DNA of 64,000 bases from Craspedostauros australis (taxonomy: Eukaryota), in NCBI GenBank assembly GCA_030167865.1, contig JALAGF010003843.1:1-64000 (forward strand). The letters run 5' to 3'. How positions within the stretch are numbered: the stretch's first letter is position 1; every line of letters begins with the position of its first letter. This document shows positions 45,801 through 55,986 of this stretch, piece by piece. Position numbers and translations under genes: made by a program. The notes under the pieces are model-generated. The model was not told where the DNA came from and did not search any database. It worked only from the letters and a program-made list of their open reading frames with translations.

Positions 45801-48248
45801 GCAATAGCTGCGACATTCGACCTCTCCGCCGAGGTGTACGATGCGATCGAGGAAGGCATCATCCTGTTCGGCATCGACCAGCAGCCGTACTACCAGGGCA
45901 ACCTCCCCATCCACCTCCTCACCTACCATGCAATCACGCAACAGCAGGTCTTGGACTTCCAGATGGAAAGCGGCCCCAGCTTCGTCTACTCGCGCCCGGC
46001 CGAAAGCACGGCACAGTGCCAGGCCAACATGTACGAGGTGTGTCCCAACCGCCCGTACCAGGAGTACAACTACATCTCCGACGCCTACTTCACCTTTGGC
46101 TACGTGCTGTGCGGTATTATCTACGCGATTTGCATCGCGGGGTTGATCTGGACGCGCTGCAACATCCATCTCTGGGTCGTGCAAGTCAGCCAACCGCTGT
46201 TCCTCGCCTTCATCGCCATCGGCACAATGATATCCGCCACCTCCATCGTCTTCATGGGCAACCAGACGACGTACCGCAATGAGCAGGATTATTTGGGCAA
46301 CCTGCTGCAGGACGAGACGAATCCTCAGGTCGCATTCGTCGATGCCAGCTGCATGGCGGTGCCGTGGCTGTACGGTATGGGATTCGTCATCACCTTCTCC
46401 GCGCTTCTGGCCAAGATTCAGCGCGTCAAGATGATCTACGAGGCCGGCATCCAGATGAAACGCCGGCGTGTGGGCATGATCCATGTCTTCCCCATCATGT
46501 TCGGCATGTGCGTCATCGAGCTGGCGATCCTGTTGTCGTGGCAGCTGATATCGCCGTTGCGGTGGGGACGAGAAGTCCTGAAGGAAGAAGGCGGTTTCGT
46601 CGTCGAGTCCATCGGCAGCTGCTCAAGCGGCGACGACGGGTGGATGTTCTACCTGGCGCTGGTCACATTCCACGTCATGTGCCTGATCTACGCCCTCGTG
46701 CTGTGCTTCCAGACCAAGAACATTGGTTCCGACCTGGCAGAGAGCAACACCATCTCATTGGCGGTCATGTTCATGTTCCAGGTCTTGGTACTCGCGGTCC
46801 CTATCCTGGTGCTGGTCCGCGACACAGCCAACGTGTTCTTCTTTGTCCGCGCTGTGGCCATCTTTTTGCAGAACTTCGCAGTCATCGTCTTGATCTTCGC
46901 ACCCAAGATCATGCGGACCATCTGGGTGGAGGACACCGTCCCAAAGTCTAGCTATCACAAGAGCAGCATGAACAGGCAGCATTCGATGCACAGCGTTGCA
47001 TCATACGGTGGCGGTGGCGGGAACAGGCCCGCCATATCCCGCGCAGCCTCCTTCACATCCGCCAAAAGTGGCATGTACGGCGGTGCACCTTGCTTTGATC
47101 AATCTCAGTTCGGAGGCGCGAACAACAACAACAGGCAGAAGACGACAGTGAAATCATCTTACATGAACGATCTTCATCTTTGCCACGATTCCTTCCAGGA
47201 GCAGATTCGTCGCAAGCATGCCCAAAATCGTCTACGCGGATTGGTTAGCAGCTCGAGCGACGAGGATGAATGTGGCAACATCAGGAGCGGCGCCGACAGC
47301 CATTGCGATGGCAACTATGGCAATGACTACGAGTACGATGATGATGACATGGACGACTCGAGGTCGTTCTATGACGAAGGAGCAGAAATGACCAACCACC
47401 CACGCCATCACCAGAGCCAACCGAGCGGGACAACAACCGAATGCAGCAGCGACAGCCGTTCGCATCTGGCGGAAGGGCCAACATCGACGGCCTTCTTCAT
47501 GAGGCAGCTGTCTTTGCAGAATTCCAGCCACCACCACGGAAAGGATGAACCCATCAAGGATTGGGGGACATTCAGCTCCATGTACTACAAGTCCGTTGCA
47601 TTGCGGAATCACGTCATCCATGAAACGATCGGCACAGCCGATGACGGTGATGACGCCCATGGAAATGAAAACAATGGCCATCGCGAACACAGCGAATCCA
47701 ACAACATCAACAACAACAACGACGACCACAGCGTTGGTCCCAGCGTCAGCAACGATGAAATAGAGGAGCAAAAGATGTCGAGTGGGACCATCGTTACGAA
47801 CATCACAGGCACGAGATACTTTTCACGTGCATCCTCGACATCCAAGAACCATGAACGCCGCAGCGGCGTTTCTGCTGCTGGCTATGGCGGGAATGTGCGT
47901 GAAGAGGAACAACCCATCATGAGTCCCCTTCCGCAACGAATGATCTACGATTCAGAGTCCTGCGGGTCGTTGGATTATCTGGATGGTAGTGAAGAACAGC
48001 AACCGCTAAAACAGGGCCAAAACCTGTCAACTGATGTTACGCCGGACGACAGCATGCACTCAGAGAACGGTTACGAAACCATGTACATGCCAACCGAAAT
48101 CACGTCGCAGTGGCAAAGCCTTGGATTTGAATCGTTGGAGCAGGCTCAGATGGCGCTGCAATTGATGTCGCTGGTCACGACACCGAAGACGCGACGTTCG
48201 CTGTTGCTGAGGGACAACGCCGACGACACGGACACTGTCGACGCTTAA
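42849..48248 (+). CDS. Class C GPCR with two tandem type-I periplasmic sugar-binding domains (paralogue B)
   Basis: Same architecture as paralogue A, with long near-identical motifs: LHGVTTDSFWD, SGVDGI, HIGMNEFNAG, FGIDQQPYYQGNL and CMAVPWLYGMGFVITFSALLAKIQRVKMI. First ATG is at 42849; the track start is a TTG. Confidence 0.9.
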   Translation: MKPKGQTMGQSRSDPRRRQRQRQQHDQCQQQQQQQQQHQSLLEQNREEMRSRRASRSVLSSARIPEACPCAQSSHDDQAHAQSSHAFSTDRCVQADEDSCGRRRLQATKLPQARAPTDADVQHSTCHPSHRHRHRRLYRTPNSEIRIRRWSIPFLRVMLISAIVHQWILATSLVAASVESATGFLPLTLDCDPCIDRSLYQIRVILPASPSPSAETDTFSYVDYDWNALHWRQIRSAMDQLQSDFRIRLEYRIPTGIDAGSRLELTNYYRTQLQNAKQDYFIYQFEKELYDRSTTSSSDADSRRAWTRTRNNAVRRDDPNASKLPQTSLSDNQRIDALFIAIPPYQSQIMDMLYQDLDITDSLRATLPHLFARPDRPIVHNTVLPIFGFHSLPSYPSAIGVPLPQAQPAKATTDATDATTPADDVKAVVSSKLMSWIGYSDHDIGKLAMQTIIDRHPEANDMLFIATHRSIQNVNVSSSASAYISNLVQARLDGMDLVRRQHNDAITLDPLDLQPIDVNADQRKDDVQASIKNKLFDAHYNRCRYDAVFVVDIDSLDAVLAVMDDDVRARCTDTVVIALDIGTVSPVYYDAIQRSHLHYGIQVSNTYIETALSMIFAIFFMTAGQQIAVPRERNAYVTGPKLIAAPTADDTQAFLECQLNAFPVCPGPSAVNVEEPTLDTQSLRRSVDTETRASFVSTNNEGDTESLVWPNVVSPCPCLQRSNEIRLGAVLHGVTTDSFWDLVFDSAQQAALDMGTIQLEMDRITPQATATMVHELMAARIQNLCSSGVDGIMVTIPSDVVLPAIEYCLQSSIPVVSINSGLDTAMRLNQKYNTNATASGESLFLYHIGMNEFNAGYLAGQRMIEEGDMKYGYCIDHDDGNSATFERCRGFEQAILDSDRNVIFKARIAIPPDNTVEYKLVVEQSVQNDFKDTGIPANWDKIGFLLTGSVQVRAIRSTLGYGVGVGTEAVTAPIDSELPENRDGAIAATFDLSAEVYDAIEEGIILFGIDQQPYYQGNLPIHLLTYHAITQQQVLDFQMESGPSFVYSRPAESTAQCQANMYEVCPNRPYQEYNYISDAYFTFGYVLCGIIYAICIAGLIWTRCNIHLWVVQVSQPLFLAFIAIGTMISATSIVFMGNQTTYRNEQDYLGNLLQDETNPQVAFVDASCMAVPWLYGMGFVITFSALLAKIQRVKMIYEAGIQMKRRRVGMIHVFPIMFGMCVIELAILLSWQLISPLRWGREVLKEEGGFVVESIGSCSSGDDGWMFYLALVTFHVMCLIYALVLCFQTKNIGSDLAESNTISLAVMFMFQVLVLAVPILVLVRDTANVFFFVRAVAIFLQNFAVIVLIFAPKIMRTIWVEDTVPKSSYHKSSMNRQHSMHSVASYGGGGGNRPAISRAASFTSAKSGMYGGAPCFDQSQFGGANNNNRQKTTVKSSYMNDLHLCHDSFQEQIRRKHAQNRLRGLVSSSSDEDECGNIRSGADSHCDGNYGNDYEYDDDDMDDSRSFYDEGAEMTNHPRHHQSQPSGTTTECSSDSRSHLAEGPTSTAFFMRQLSLQNSSHHHGKDEPIKDWGTFSSMYYKSVALRNHVIHETIGTADDGDDAHGNENNGHREHSESNNINNNNDDHSVGPSVSNDEIEEQKMSSGTIVTNITGTRYFSRASSTSKNHERRSGVSAAGYGGNVREEEQPIMSPLPQRMIYDSESCGSLDYLDGSEEQQPLKQGQNLSTDVTPDDSMHSENGYETMYMPTEITSQWQSLGFESLEQAQMALQLMSLVTTPKTRRSLLLRDNADDTDTVDA

Positions 48249-48525
48249 CATGTCGAGCACTTGTACGAGTACGTATGTATACTTAATAAGCATAGAGAAT
48301 ACCAACATACAAGTGGTGCCGTACATATGCATTGAATTCTCTATTGGTCGTATCGTCGACCATGAATACTCCACAAGGTCCTACGAGTAGAGTATACGAT
48401 TGGCGGGCATCTTGCGGAATGACCGGTCTTCTCATTGTGTCCGCCTGTCCTCGTCTTTGTTGGCTTTCGCGATTTTTTGCCTGTTGCGTACATGTGTACT
48501 CGTATGCTGCCTCAGCATTCATGTT

Positions 48526-49557
48526 CTAGCGACGCATTCCTTCATTCTGAGGAGCGCTGGGCCTTGGCCTGTCGTCGAGCGCCTTGGACCACGGCATCTT
48601 CATCTGATCGAACTCGATGCCCTCTGGTTCATCGGCTTCGGTCTCGCTGCCGCGCTCCATCTGCATGCCCTCCGGTGGGTGCTGCCCCTTCTTGCCACCG
48701 CCCCAGTCGACGTCGGCCTCGTGCACCATCTGCGTCGTCATGCATCCCATGCCGATGACCCTGGTCCAGATGATGCCCTTCCAGATGATGTGCGCGATGC
48801 GGCAGCATGCGCGTGCCGCGCGTCCGCCTTCCCCAGCGCACTCCTGCGCGCCCTCGGAATCGTTGGCGCAAATGCCAACGCAGCAGCTGCAGCAGTACAT
48901 GCAGGCGCCGAGCTGGAAGCACTGGCTCATGATGCCGGAGAAGAAGCTGATGCAGCGCTGCTGCCGGGCCTCCGTGGGGTCCAGGTTGAGACCCCGCTCG
49001 TCGCGCTGGAACCGCCGCGTGACGTCGAAGGCGCAGCAGAGGCTCATGGGACCGCCGAGGATGAGGATCTCGGCGCAGAGGAAGGCGTCGGGGCATTTTT
49101 CTTCGCCGTAGGTGCCGGCCTCGATGATGATGAATCCCGATTGCGGGCATTGGCGAGCGCAGCACTGCGGGCCGTCGTGGTAGCCCTGCCAGAGCTTGTA
49201 CTTGGTCATGTCGCCGTTGAGGACCTTTCGTCTGGCCCAGTACTGGCCGCAGGGCAGGCAGATGGCGCTGAAGCAGCACAGGAAGGGCCTGCGCACGGGC
49301 GATTCCAGCATGCTGATATCGTATCCCGATGACTCCTTGGTGTGCGGATCCGTGGGGAAGCAGAAGATGAGAGGGAAGGCGAACGGGGAGCCGAAGATCC
49401 AGATGACGTTGCCCACCATCTCCATGCAAGGGTTGACGGCCTCGAGGCAGTCCGCTACGTTCCCGAAGCAGCCGTCCAGACCGCATCCCTCCGTCCACCA
49501 GTCGCAGCACACTGCGTCCACCATGTCGGTGACGAAATCTGGGGCTCCGAACGGCAT
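48526..49557 (-). CDS. PLAC8-family Cys-rich protein; 5' end uncertain
   Basis: CCFSAICLPCGQYWARRKVLNGDMTKY, GEEKCPDAFLCAE, TRRFQRDE and GCMTTQMVHE resemble the plant/algal PLAC8 subfamily pattern. Confidence 0.75.
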   Translation of the reverse strand: MPFGAPDFVTDMVDAVCCDWWTEGCGLDGCFGNVADCLEAVNPCMEMVGNVIWIFGSPFAFPLIFCFPTDPHTKESSGYDISMLESPVRRPFLCCFSAICLPCGQYWARRKVLNGDMTKYKLWQGYHDGPQCCARQCPQSGFIIIEAGTYGEEKCPDAFLCAEILILGGPMSLCCAFDVTRRFQRDERGLNLDPTEARQQRCISFFSGIMSQCFQLGACMYCCSCCVGICANDSEGAQECAGEGGRAARACCRIAHIIWKGIIWTRVIGMGCMTTQMVHEADVDWGGGKKGQHPPEGMQMERGSETEADEPEGIEFDQMKMPWSKALDDRPRPSAPQNEGMRR

Positions 49558-50467
49558 CTCGTCGTTGCTCAACTGGCACTCGTGATGTGTGCCGCCGCAG
49601 GGTTACTGTCTGCCTGTGCAATACGCTCGTAGAGGGCTGGAGTACGATGCTTCTCTGCAAGTGGCTGCAGGTATCTATTGTACGTAGGTATGCGTGGCTT
49701 TTGGTCAGAGTGCGAGTATGATTGCGTGTGTACGTGTATGTGTACGTGTCTGTGGGTGTGTCCAAGCTCAGTTGGTGGATCGATTGATGCTGTTGTTGAT
49801 CTGTGCTGTGGAGGCGTCTTCGTTGCCGCCCTGGATGTGATGTCCGAATGAACAGCTTGGGCACAGAAATGGTCGCAGAGATGGTTGCCAGAGAGAGAAA
49901 AGAGAGAATTGGGACCAACGGCATCAACGACGCCAGTGGCATCAACGTGATGATGCCACTCCTCTGGAAACACGACTGCGGAGCATGTCGGCATGGGCAT
50001 CAACAAGGGATCGGCCGGCTATTTGTGTTGGTGGAAGGAAGATTGGTGGTCACATGACTTTGTGGGACAAAGATACCTTTTGTTTGTCCACAAGTTGTTG
50101 TGTGGGGTTGATGGCCAGACGAACGTGATTGGCGCCACAATGATCAGGCCCGCTGCGGTCGCTGTGGCGAGCACACTCTGACGAGGCGCTTGGTTGACTG
50201 ATCGAATGTCATGAACATTATAAGGCTCGAAGCTACATCACCCATTAACTTGCTATCGTTCCATACCATAAAAGTCTATACCGCATCGCTTTTGATGTTT
50301 GAACATGAACGTGCGTCGACCTGCTCACATCAATACGGTGTTGTTCGGAATGAGTGCATCACTCCATGGCTCGTATCTCGTGCATGACATGTCAACAACG
50401 TGAGGTTCCAATCTGGATAGCTTCTCCTCCACTTGGCGTCGGCAACTGATCACGTCGTCCGCTCTAC

Positions 50468-51932
50468 CTATTTCTTCTTCCTGCCGAATCCGAACAGCCC
50501 CTTCTTTTTCTTCTTCTTTTCTGGCTTTTCCTCCTCCTCTTCTTCGTAGTGCTGTTGCTCGTCTTCGCCGTCGGAGTAGTCCTGGATGGAGAGGTCCTGA
50601 ATGGGTGGCAGCTGCTCCGGCTCTTCTTCCTCCTCCTCGTATTCCTCCTCGACCTTCTTCTTGCTCTTCTTTTTCTTCTTCTTCTTGTCGCTTTCTTCCT
50701 TGGCCTTCTTCTTGCGGTCCTTATCGCGTTTGGCCTTCTTGGCCTCGTTCTCCTTCTTTTTCTTCTTGTTGGCCTTGAGCTCCATGCCGGATTGCGGGAT
50801 GATCTTGAATCCGTTGTCGCGGCGCATCTGCGTATCGCCCGCACCGCAGACGTAGGGCAGATCCATGGCCGTTCCGGAATGGCAGCAATCGATCATGGCC
50901 GTGACGCGCACACCGGCGCTCATCTTCGTGACGAATTCGTCGTAGATGTCATCATCGACGATCTGCCCGGATGTCTTGTAGTCTCCCGGTATCAGAATTT
51001 CGTCAAAGCCGTCGTCCTCGTCGCCGCTGGTGTCGACTATCTGTCCGCCGTGGCCTGTGTGGGTGTGTTGTTTGTGGTGGTGTAGCAGAGGGTTGGAGTT
51101 GAAAAAGAACCCCATCCAGAGCAGTTGAAGTTGGTTGAACAATGGATGAGTGTGATTGTGATAGTGAGTGATAGTGTGGAAAACGCACTCGAGTGGTATA
51201 ACACCGTTGGCACGAAGTATCATTGTTCACATATCTCCCATCAACAAGACACCAACATGCACAGGCACGGGCACAGCATGGTGCTATGCCATGCATTAGC
51301 TTGAACGAACCTGAAAAGTGAATGAAAACGGCATCACCAGGCTCCGAGATCTCAACGAGCTTGTGAAAGCCGTCCATGATGAGCTTCTTGTCCGGATTGT
51401 GATGCTTGCCATCGTCCATGAGAATGAGCATGTTCTCGCGCTTGAACTTGAGCACGTTGAGAAGGAAGTGCTTCATGTTGCGCACATCGTTGTGGCAGCC
51501 CGTGAGCTGCCCCTCCTCGCCGACGTAGTTGACGCCGATGAGCATGGCGCGGGCCGTGTTGACGCGCGGATCGAAGCCGTCCGGCAGGATCTTGAGCGGC
51601 TCGTTGACGTCGATGGGGCGGCTGCTGGACAGCTGCGGAATCTGCGGCAGGCCGATCTCCTCGATCTTGTCCCGCATCTGCGACAGCGTCTCCGTCCAGC
51701 TCAGATCGATGAGGTCGTCGGCCTCGTCGGCGTGCATCACCTGCAGCAGCGCCGCCGTGCAGGCGCCACCGGCCTTGCCGGCAGGGTCCGGCAGCTTGAA
51801 CGTGCCCACGTTGCTGACATCCGCGGATTGCTGGGAGTCGTCGGCGCCGGCGAACATGAAGAACATCGCGGGGATCTCATCCTCGATTTGGTCCTTGAAC
51901 TCCGTGTTGATGGATGCGGAGGCGGACGGCAT
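50468..51932 (-). CDS. Type III (p10-p20) metacaspase, peptidase C14; exons 51932-51311 and 51054-50468
   Basis: p10 comes first ([30 protein letters not shown]), then p20 ([16 protein letters not shown]). The GT..AG intron splices HFSG|HGG, restoring the catalytic His. DEDDGFDE and the catalytic DCCHSG are present. The tail is K/E-rich. Confidence 0.93.
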
Positions 51933-52372
51933 CTTGTTGCGATCACAATGCTATTGCAATGCTATTGCTATGACAGAAGCCTGGGATTGTCTATTGGCAA
52001 TGTGAGTGGAGCGTTGCTGTCAAGTGCCCTCTAGAGAGAGAGTGAGTCTATGAAGGGTGTGTGGACACATGCCTTTTCTTGTTTGTTTTGCCTTGTCACG
52101 CGCCAAGACGACGCAGGTGTCGTTGTTGTGTTCGCGTTCTTCCTCTTCTTGCTTGTTCATGTGGAGAAATCGTATCCAAAAGGTCATTCTCAGAATCAAA
52201 TCCATTTTAATCCCGTCAAGAGTCAAGACATTTCATCTTTTTTGTTCACATGTGGGTACGCAAACTAATCAAGAGAAGGGTATGAGCAACATTTGAATGG
52301 AATTGCGTTGGATGCTATTATACCTACGGAGCCGCATTTGGAGTGTGCAACAGAGTAGAGTAAGCGAACCAA

Positions 52373-53192
52373 TCATGAAGGTTGTTGCAATAGCCAGTCG
52401 ACTGCCTGGGACAGATCTCGACAGTACAGGAACGGGAATGTGCTCTCATGCATGGAATTGGCTTGCGAGTCGCCACCGATCCAAGCAGGCGACGATGGCG
52501 CATCCCCCATCAAGCTCCGCCCGTATCCAGTCGAGACGAGAATGCGCAATTCAACGCCGCCTGCCTTGGCTGCCTGCAGATCCGTCGAAGTGTCGCCGAT
52601 GAAACAGCAGGTATCGGGCGCACCGAAATCCGCAAGGGCCTCCAGCACCATGCCGGGCTGCGGTTTCATGCGGGGATCCTGCTTCGTCGACGTGCATTGG
52701 TAGATCTTGTCAATGACGCCATCCTCGTCGTCTTGCAGCAGCATCCGCTGCACAGTTTGCTGAATGATCCGCAGCTCGTCTTCTGTGATGATGCCTTTGC
52801 CGACGCAGCTCTGGTTCGTGACCATCGCCACATTCCAGCCCGCTCGTCTCAGTCTGCCGATGGCTTTGCCGGCATTCGGTGTCAGCACGAGCGCCGATGC
52901 ATCGATGACGCCTGGCGCACCAACGTCTTGGTTTATCACTCTGCGGTGCGGAATGAGAATCGGTGTTTTCACAATGCAATGGATGAGGTGTTGGCGATGG
53001 ATGTTACGATTGTCACTGCCATGCACGCACAAGCGTGACTCACCCATCTCTATCGAGCAACGCAAGTCGTTGCATCGCCAAGGAAAGGGCGGCGACATCA
53101 CGCGTCATCGTGACAACCATAAGCCATGCGATCCACACTGGTGCAGTGCAGAGGAGCATGGATTGCGCGCTCTTTGCGTGTGGTTCCGTCAT
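52373..53192 (-). CDS. gmhB: HAD subfamily IIIA phosphatase (GmhB heptose-bisphosphate / HisB-N histidinol-phosphate phosphatase-like); exons 53192-53044 and 52940-52373
   Basis: Splicing the 103-nt GTGAGT..CAG intron gives LALLDRDGVINQD (motif I). VTNQSCVGKG, RMKPQPGM and FIGDTSTDLQAA follow. The N-terminal extension is hydrophobic. The symbol indicates family resemblance only. Confidence 0.85.
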
Positions 53193-53477
53193 GCGTCGAC
53201 TCCTGCGCTCGTCTGTTAATTCATGGCGATGAAGATTCTTGTCGCTGTTGTTTGCTCTCTTCTTGATGTGTTTGTGTGTGCGTGTGTCTCTCCACAGCGA
53301 AGGTATCTTTGTGTGGATTTGGTACGCCTTTGTTTGGGGTTATTTGTCTAGTTTCATTGCGTAGCCTGTTTTCGCGAAACCAGCCGGGAAACCAAAGGAA
53401 AACCAAAACGGTGTGTGCAACCGCATCAGAGGCATTGTTGCGGAGCCACTCAGCACACTTCACCCACTCACTCCGCT

Positions 53478-53526
53478 ATACCATACCATACCATACCATA
53501 CCATACCTTACCATACCATACCATAC
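53478..53526. repeat. (ATACC)n pentanucleotide microsatellite in divergent intergenic region
   Basis: About 10 units, one of them variant, visible directly. Confidence 0.9.
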
Positions 53527-53814
53527 GAGCCACAAGTCTTCCTCCATCTGCACTACGAGCTGCTACACTAAATCATAGAATACCAATACCCGTTTCTCTG
53601 CCACGCGCTGATGCCGAAGCGCAGCTGAGAGGGACCTGTTGTAGTCGTATGACAAGGAGAGAAAGTCGATGATCTGAGCCATCAGGACAAGCACCTATAG
53701 TCGCAGCTCGTGGTAGGACACCGTATCAGAGTGCACAAGACATCACAGGCAGACGAAGTGGCAGCCAAGAGAGCACATTGCCTGCGTTGCATTGCATTGC
53801 AAGACGCGAGGAGG

Positions 53815-55155
53815 ATGAAGCGTTCGCAGACAATGGCAAGTCCGCAAATGCAGCCGCATCTGCGACGAAAGCGTTCCATTTGGAGGCTGTGGCCTGTGGT
53901 GGCCGTCATATGTGGCACGATCGGGATGATTCCGACTCATCGCGCCGTTTGGGGGAACTGGGATATGTTGAACGAGATCGCAAGCATGCAGTCTGACATG
54001 GAGCCTGCGGCTATGGATCCCCAAGACGCAGCTGGAACGGAGAGCGCGATGGTGGGTCAGCAGCAGCAGCAGCAGCAACAACAACAACAGACGATTGTCA
54101 CAGACTCCTTGCCCGAGCTGCGAGTGAACGATCTCCCCATCATGAGCAACCAATCCATCCCATTCCCCATCAAGTGGCAGCGGGGCACAACTGATGAGAT
54201 ACAGGGTTGGCCCGACCGCCGCATGCTACAGAGGGTGGCCACCAACAACACGGTCATCGTCATGATCGTCAGCTGCCCGTACGGTCCCTTTCTGGACAAC
54301 GCCGTGACGTCGTTGGAGCGCATTGGATACACGAACTACGTCATCGTGCCCTTGGATCAGGCCGCCTCGGATCTCATCCACACGGCGTGGCCGCATCACG
54401 CACTGTCCATCCCGCCCATCCCCTCCACGTGGTCATCGACCGAAAGCCTCAACATCAAAGGCGCCGCGACATACGGCACGGCCGCATTCAAGCAACTGAC
54501 ATCATCGCGCGCCATCATCCTCAAGGCCCTGCTGCAACACAACGTGACCGTGCTGTACACCGACACGGACATGTACTGGAAGTCGCCGCACGCGTTGTCC
54601 CTATTCGAGCAGCAGCTGCACCACGACGTCGTGGGCGTCCGCGATTCCGACGCCAAATACAAGGGCTGCCTCATCTGCACGGGCCTCATGTACTTCCGGC
54701 CCACGTTGCAAGCGCTGTGGTTTCTGTCGGTGTGGGACGCGCTCATTGCGACAGGAGCCTTCAAGCATGATCAGTACGCCATGATTCGTGTCTGCGAGCA
54801 GATGCGGGACATGCAGCAGGCCAAGGAGGTATCCGGCGATGTGAATGATCTGAACGTGTCGCCGGATCTCATCGCGGTGTTGCCGCAGTTGAAGCTGCAT
54901 CTGTTCTCCAGCAAGAATCCTCATTTCCCGCCCGGGATAGAGTACTTTTCGAGGATGAACGACGAGCAACGCGCCGCCGCCATGATCGTTCACAACAACT
55001 ACATTACGGGCGAAGAACGCAAGATGAGGCGATTTCAACAGTTTGGATTGTGGAAACCGTCGGGCAAGGTGGATGTGAACGGTACTCACTGTGATACGGG
55101 CAACAACAGCAGCACCAAAAGTGGTGGCGTGGAGAATCGCACAGCATTGCGGTAG
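53815..55155 (+). CDS. Nucleotide-diphospho-sugar transferase (GT77-like), type II membrane glycosyltransferase
   Basis: N-terminal TM (LWPVVAVICGTIGMI), DxD motif VLYTDTDMYW, ICTGLMYFRPT, HDQ and VHNNYITGEERKMRRFQQFGLW. Confidence 0.88.
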   Translation: MKRSQTMASPQMQPHLRRKRSIWRLWPVVAVICGTIGMIPTHRAVWGNWDMLNEIASMQSDMEPAAMDPQDAAGTESAMVGQQQQQQQQQQQTIVTDSLPELRVNDLPIMSNQSIPFPIKWQRGTTDEIQGWPDRRMLQRVATNNTVIVMIVSCPYGPFLDNAVTSLERIGYTNYVIVPLDQAASDLIHTAWPHHALSIPPIPSTWSSTESLNIKGAATYGTAAFKQLTSSRAIILKALLQHNVTVLYTDTDMYWKSPHALSLFEQQLHHDVVGVRDSDAKYKGCLICTGLMYFRPTLQALWFLSVWDALIATGAFKHDQYAMIRVCEQMRDMQQAKEVSGDVNDLNVSPDLIAVLPQLKLHLFSSKNPHFPPGIEYFSRMNDEQRAAAMIVHNNYITGEERKMRRFQQFGLWKPSGKVDVNGTHCDTGNNSSTKSGGVENRTALR

Positions 55156-55500
55156 CAGCGACCATATGGTGCTACTAGTAGGCACTGGTGGTGGCGAGAG
55201 TGAGAGCAAAGCTAGTTGCTGCTGCAGAGAACAACTGACTGTGCTCGACTAGTCAGCGGGAGCACGTGCTAATGTGTTCTTTGGTCTGTTTAGTTTTTTT
55301 ACTACAGTCAAGTTGGCATACGTACAGTATCTGTTTTCAATTACGTCGAGTATTGGAGAGTACTCTATGTGAAGTAAAGGACGGATCTCCGTCCTGTCAT
55401 GCATGGTCCTGCCGCATTGGCTTTCTCTCGCAACCCATCGTCCTGCGCAACGCGTGCATGCGCCCATGATCTTCAACTTGGCATTATACGAGCGACCACA

Positions 55501-55986
55501 TCACACCAACTTCCATGCGATCCATACGAGCACCATGACGATGATGCATTGCACCACGACATGCGTCGACCGAAACGCCGTGTAGACATCCATGACGAAC
55601 ATCTCCAGGTACTGCCTCGGCGTGTAGTTGCCGTTCGCAATGACGTGGTTGCGTGGCTCATCGAACAGCAGCGGCTGCGAGGCGTCCTGGTGATCCAGCG
55701 AAGCAGACGACGACGGCGTGAAGAAACCGAACATGGAAGACGATGCCGCAGACGATGGGTTGGAAACAGCGCCAGCGTTGCGATTGCTGATGGATTCGAT
55801 CGCCGTTGTGGCTGGCGCCGTGTTCGTCACCGTCGCGCCAGACGACGGAGTGGCGGAAGCAGCCGCAGCCTCAGCAGGATCTTCAAGCGGCAGTTGCTGC
55901 ATGGGTTGCTGCTGCTGCTCTCTCTGTTGCGCCTGCTGGATGCGCTCCAGCAGGGATGATGACGACGATCGCTGTGGCAGCGACAT
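55501..55986 (-). CDS. Hypothetical tail-anchored membrane protein (161 aa)
   Basis: ATG start, coding-like composition and a single C-terminal hydrophobic helix (VVVQCIIVMVLVWIAWKLV). Confidence 0.65.
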   Translation of the reverse strand: MSLPQRSSSSSLLERIQQAQQREQQQQPMQQLPLEDPAEAAAASATPSSGATVTNTAPATTAIESISNRNAGAVSNPSSAASSSMFGFFTPSSSASLDHQDASQPLLFDEPRNHVIANGNYTPRQYLEMFVMDVYTAFRSTHVVVQCIIVMVLVWIAWKLV

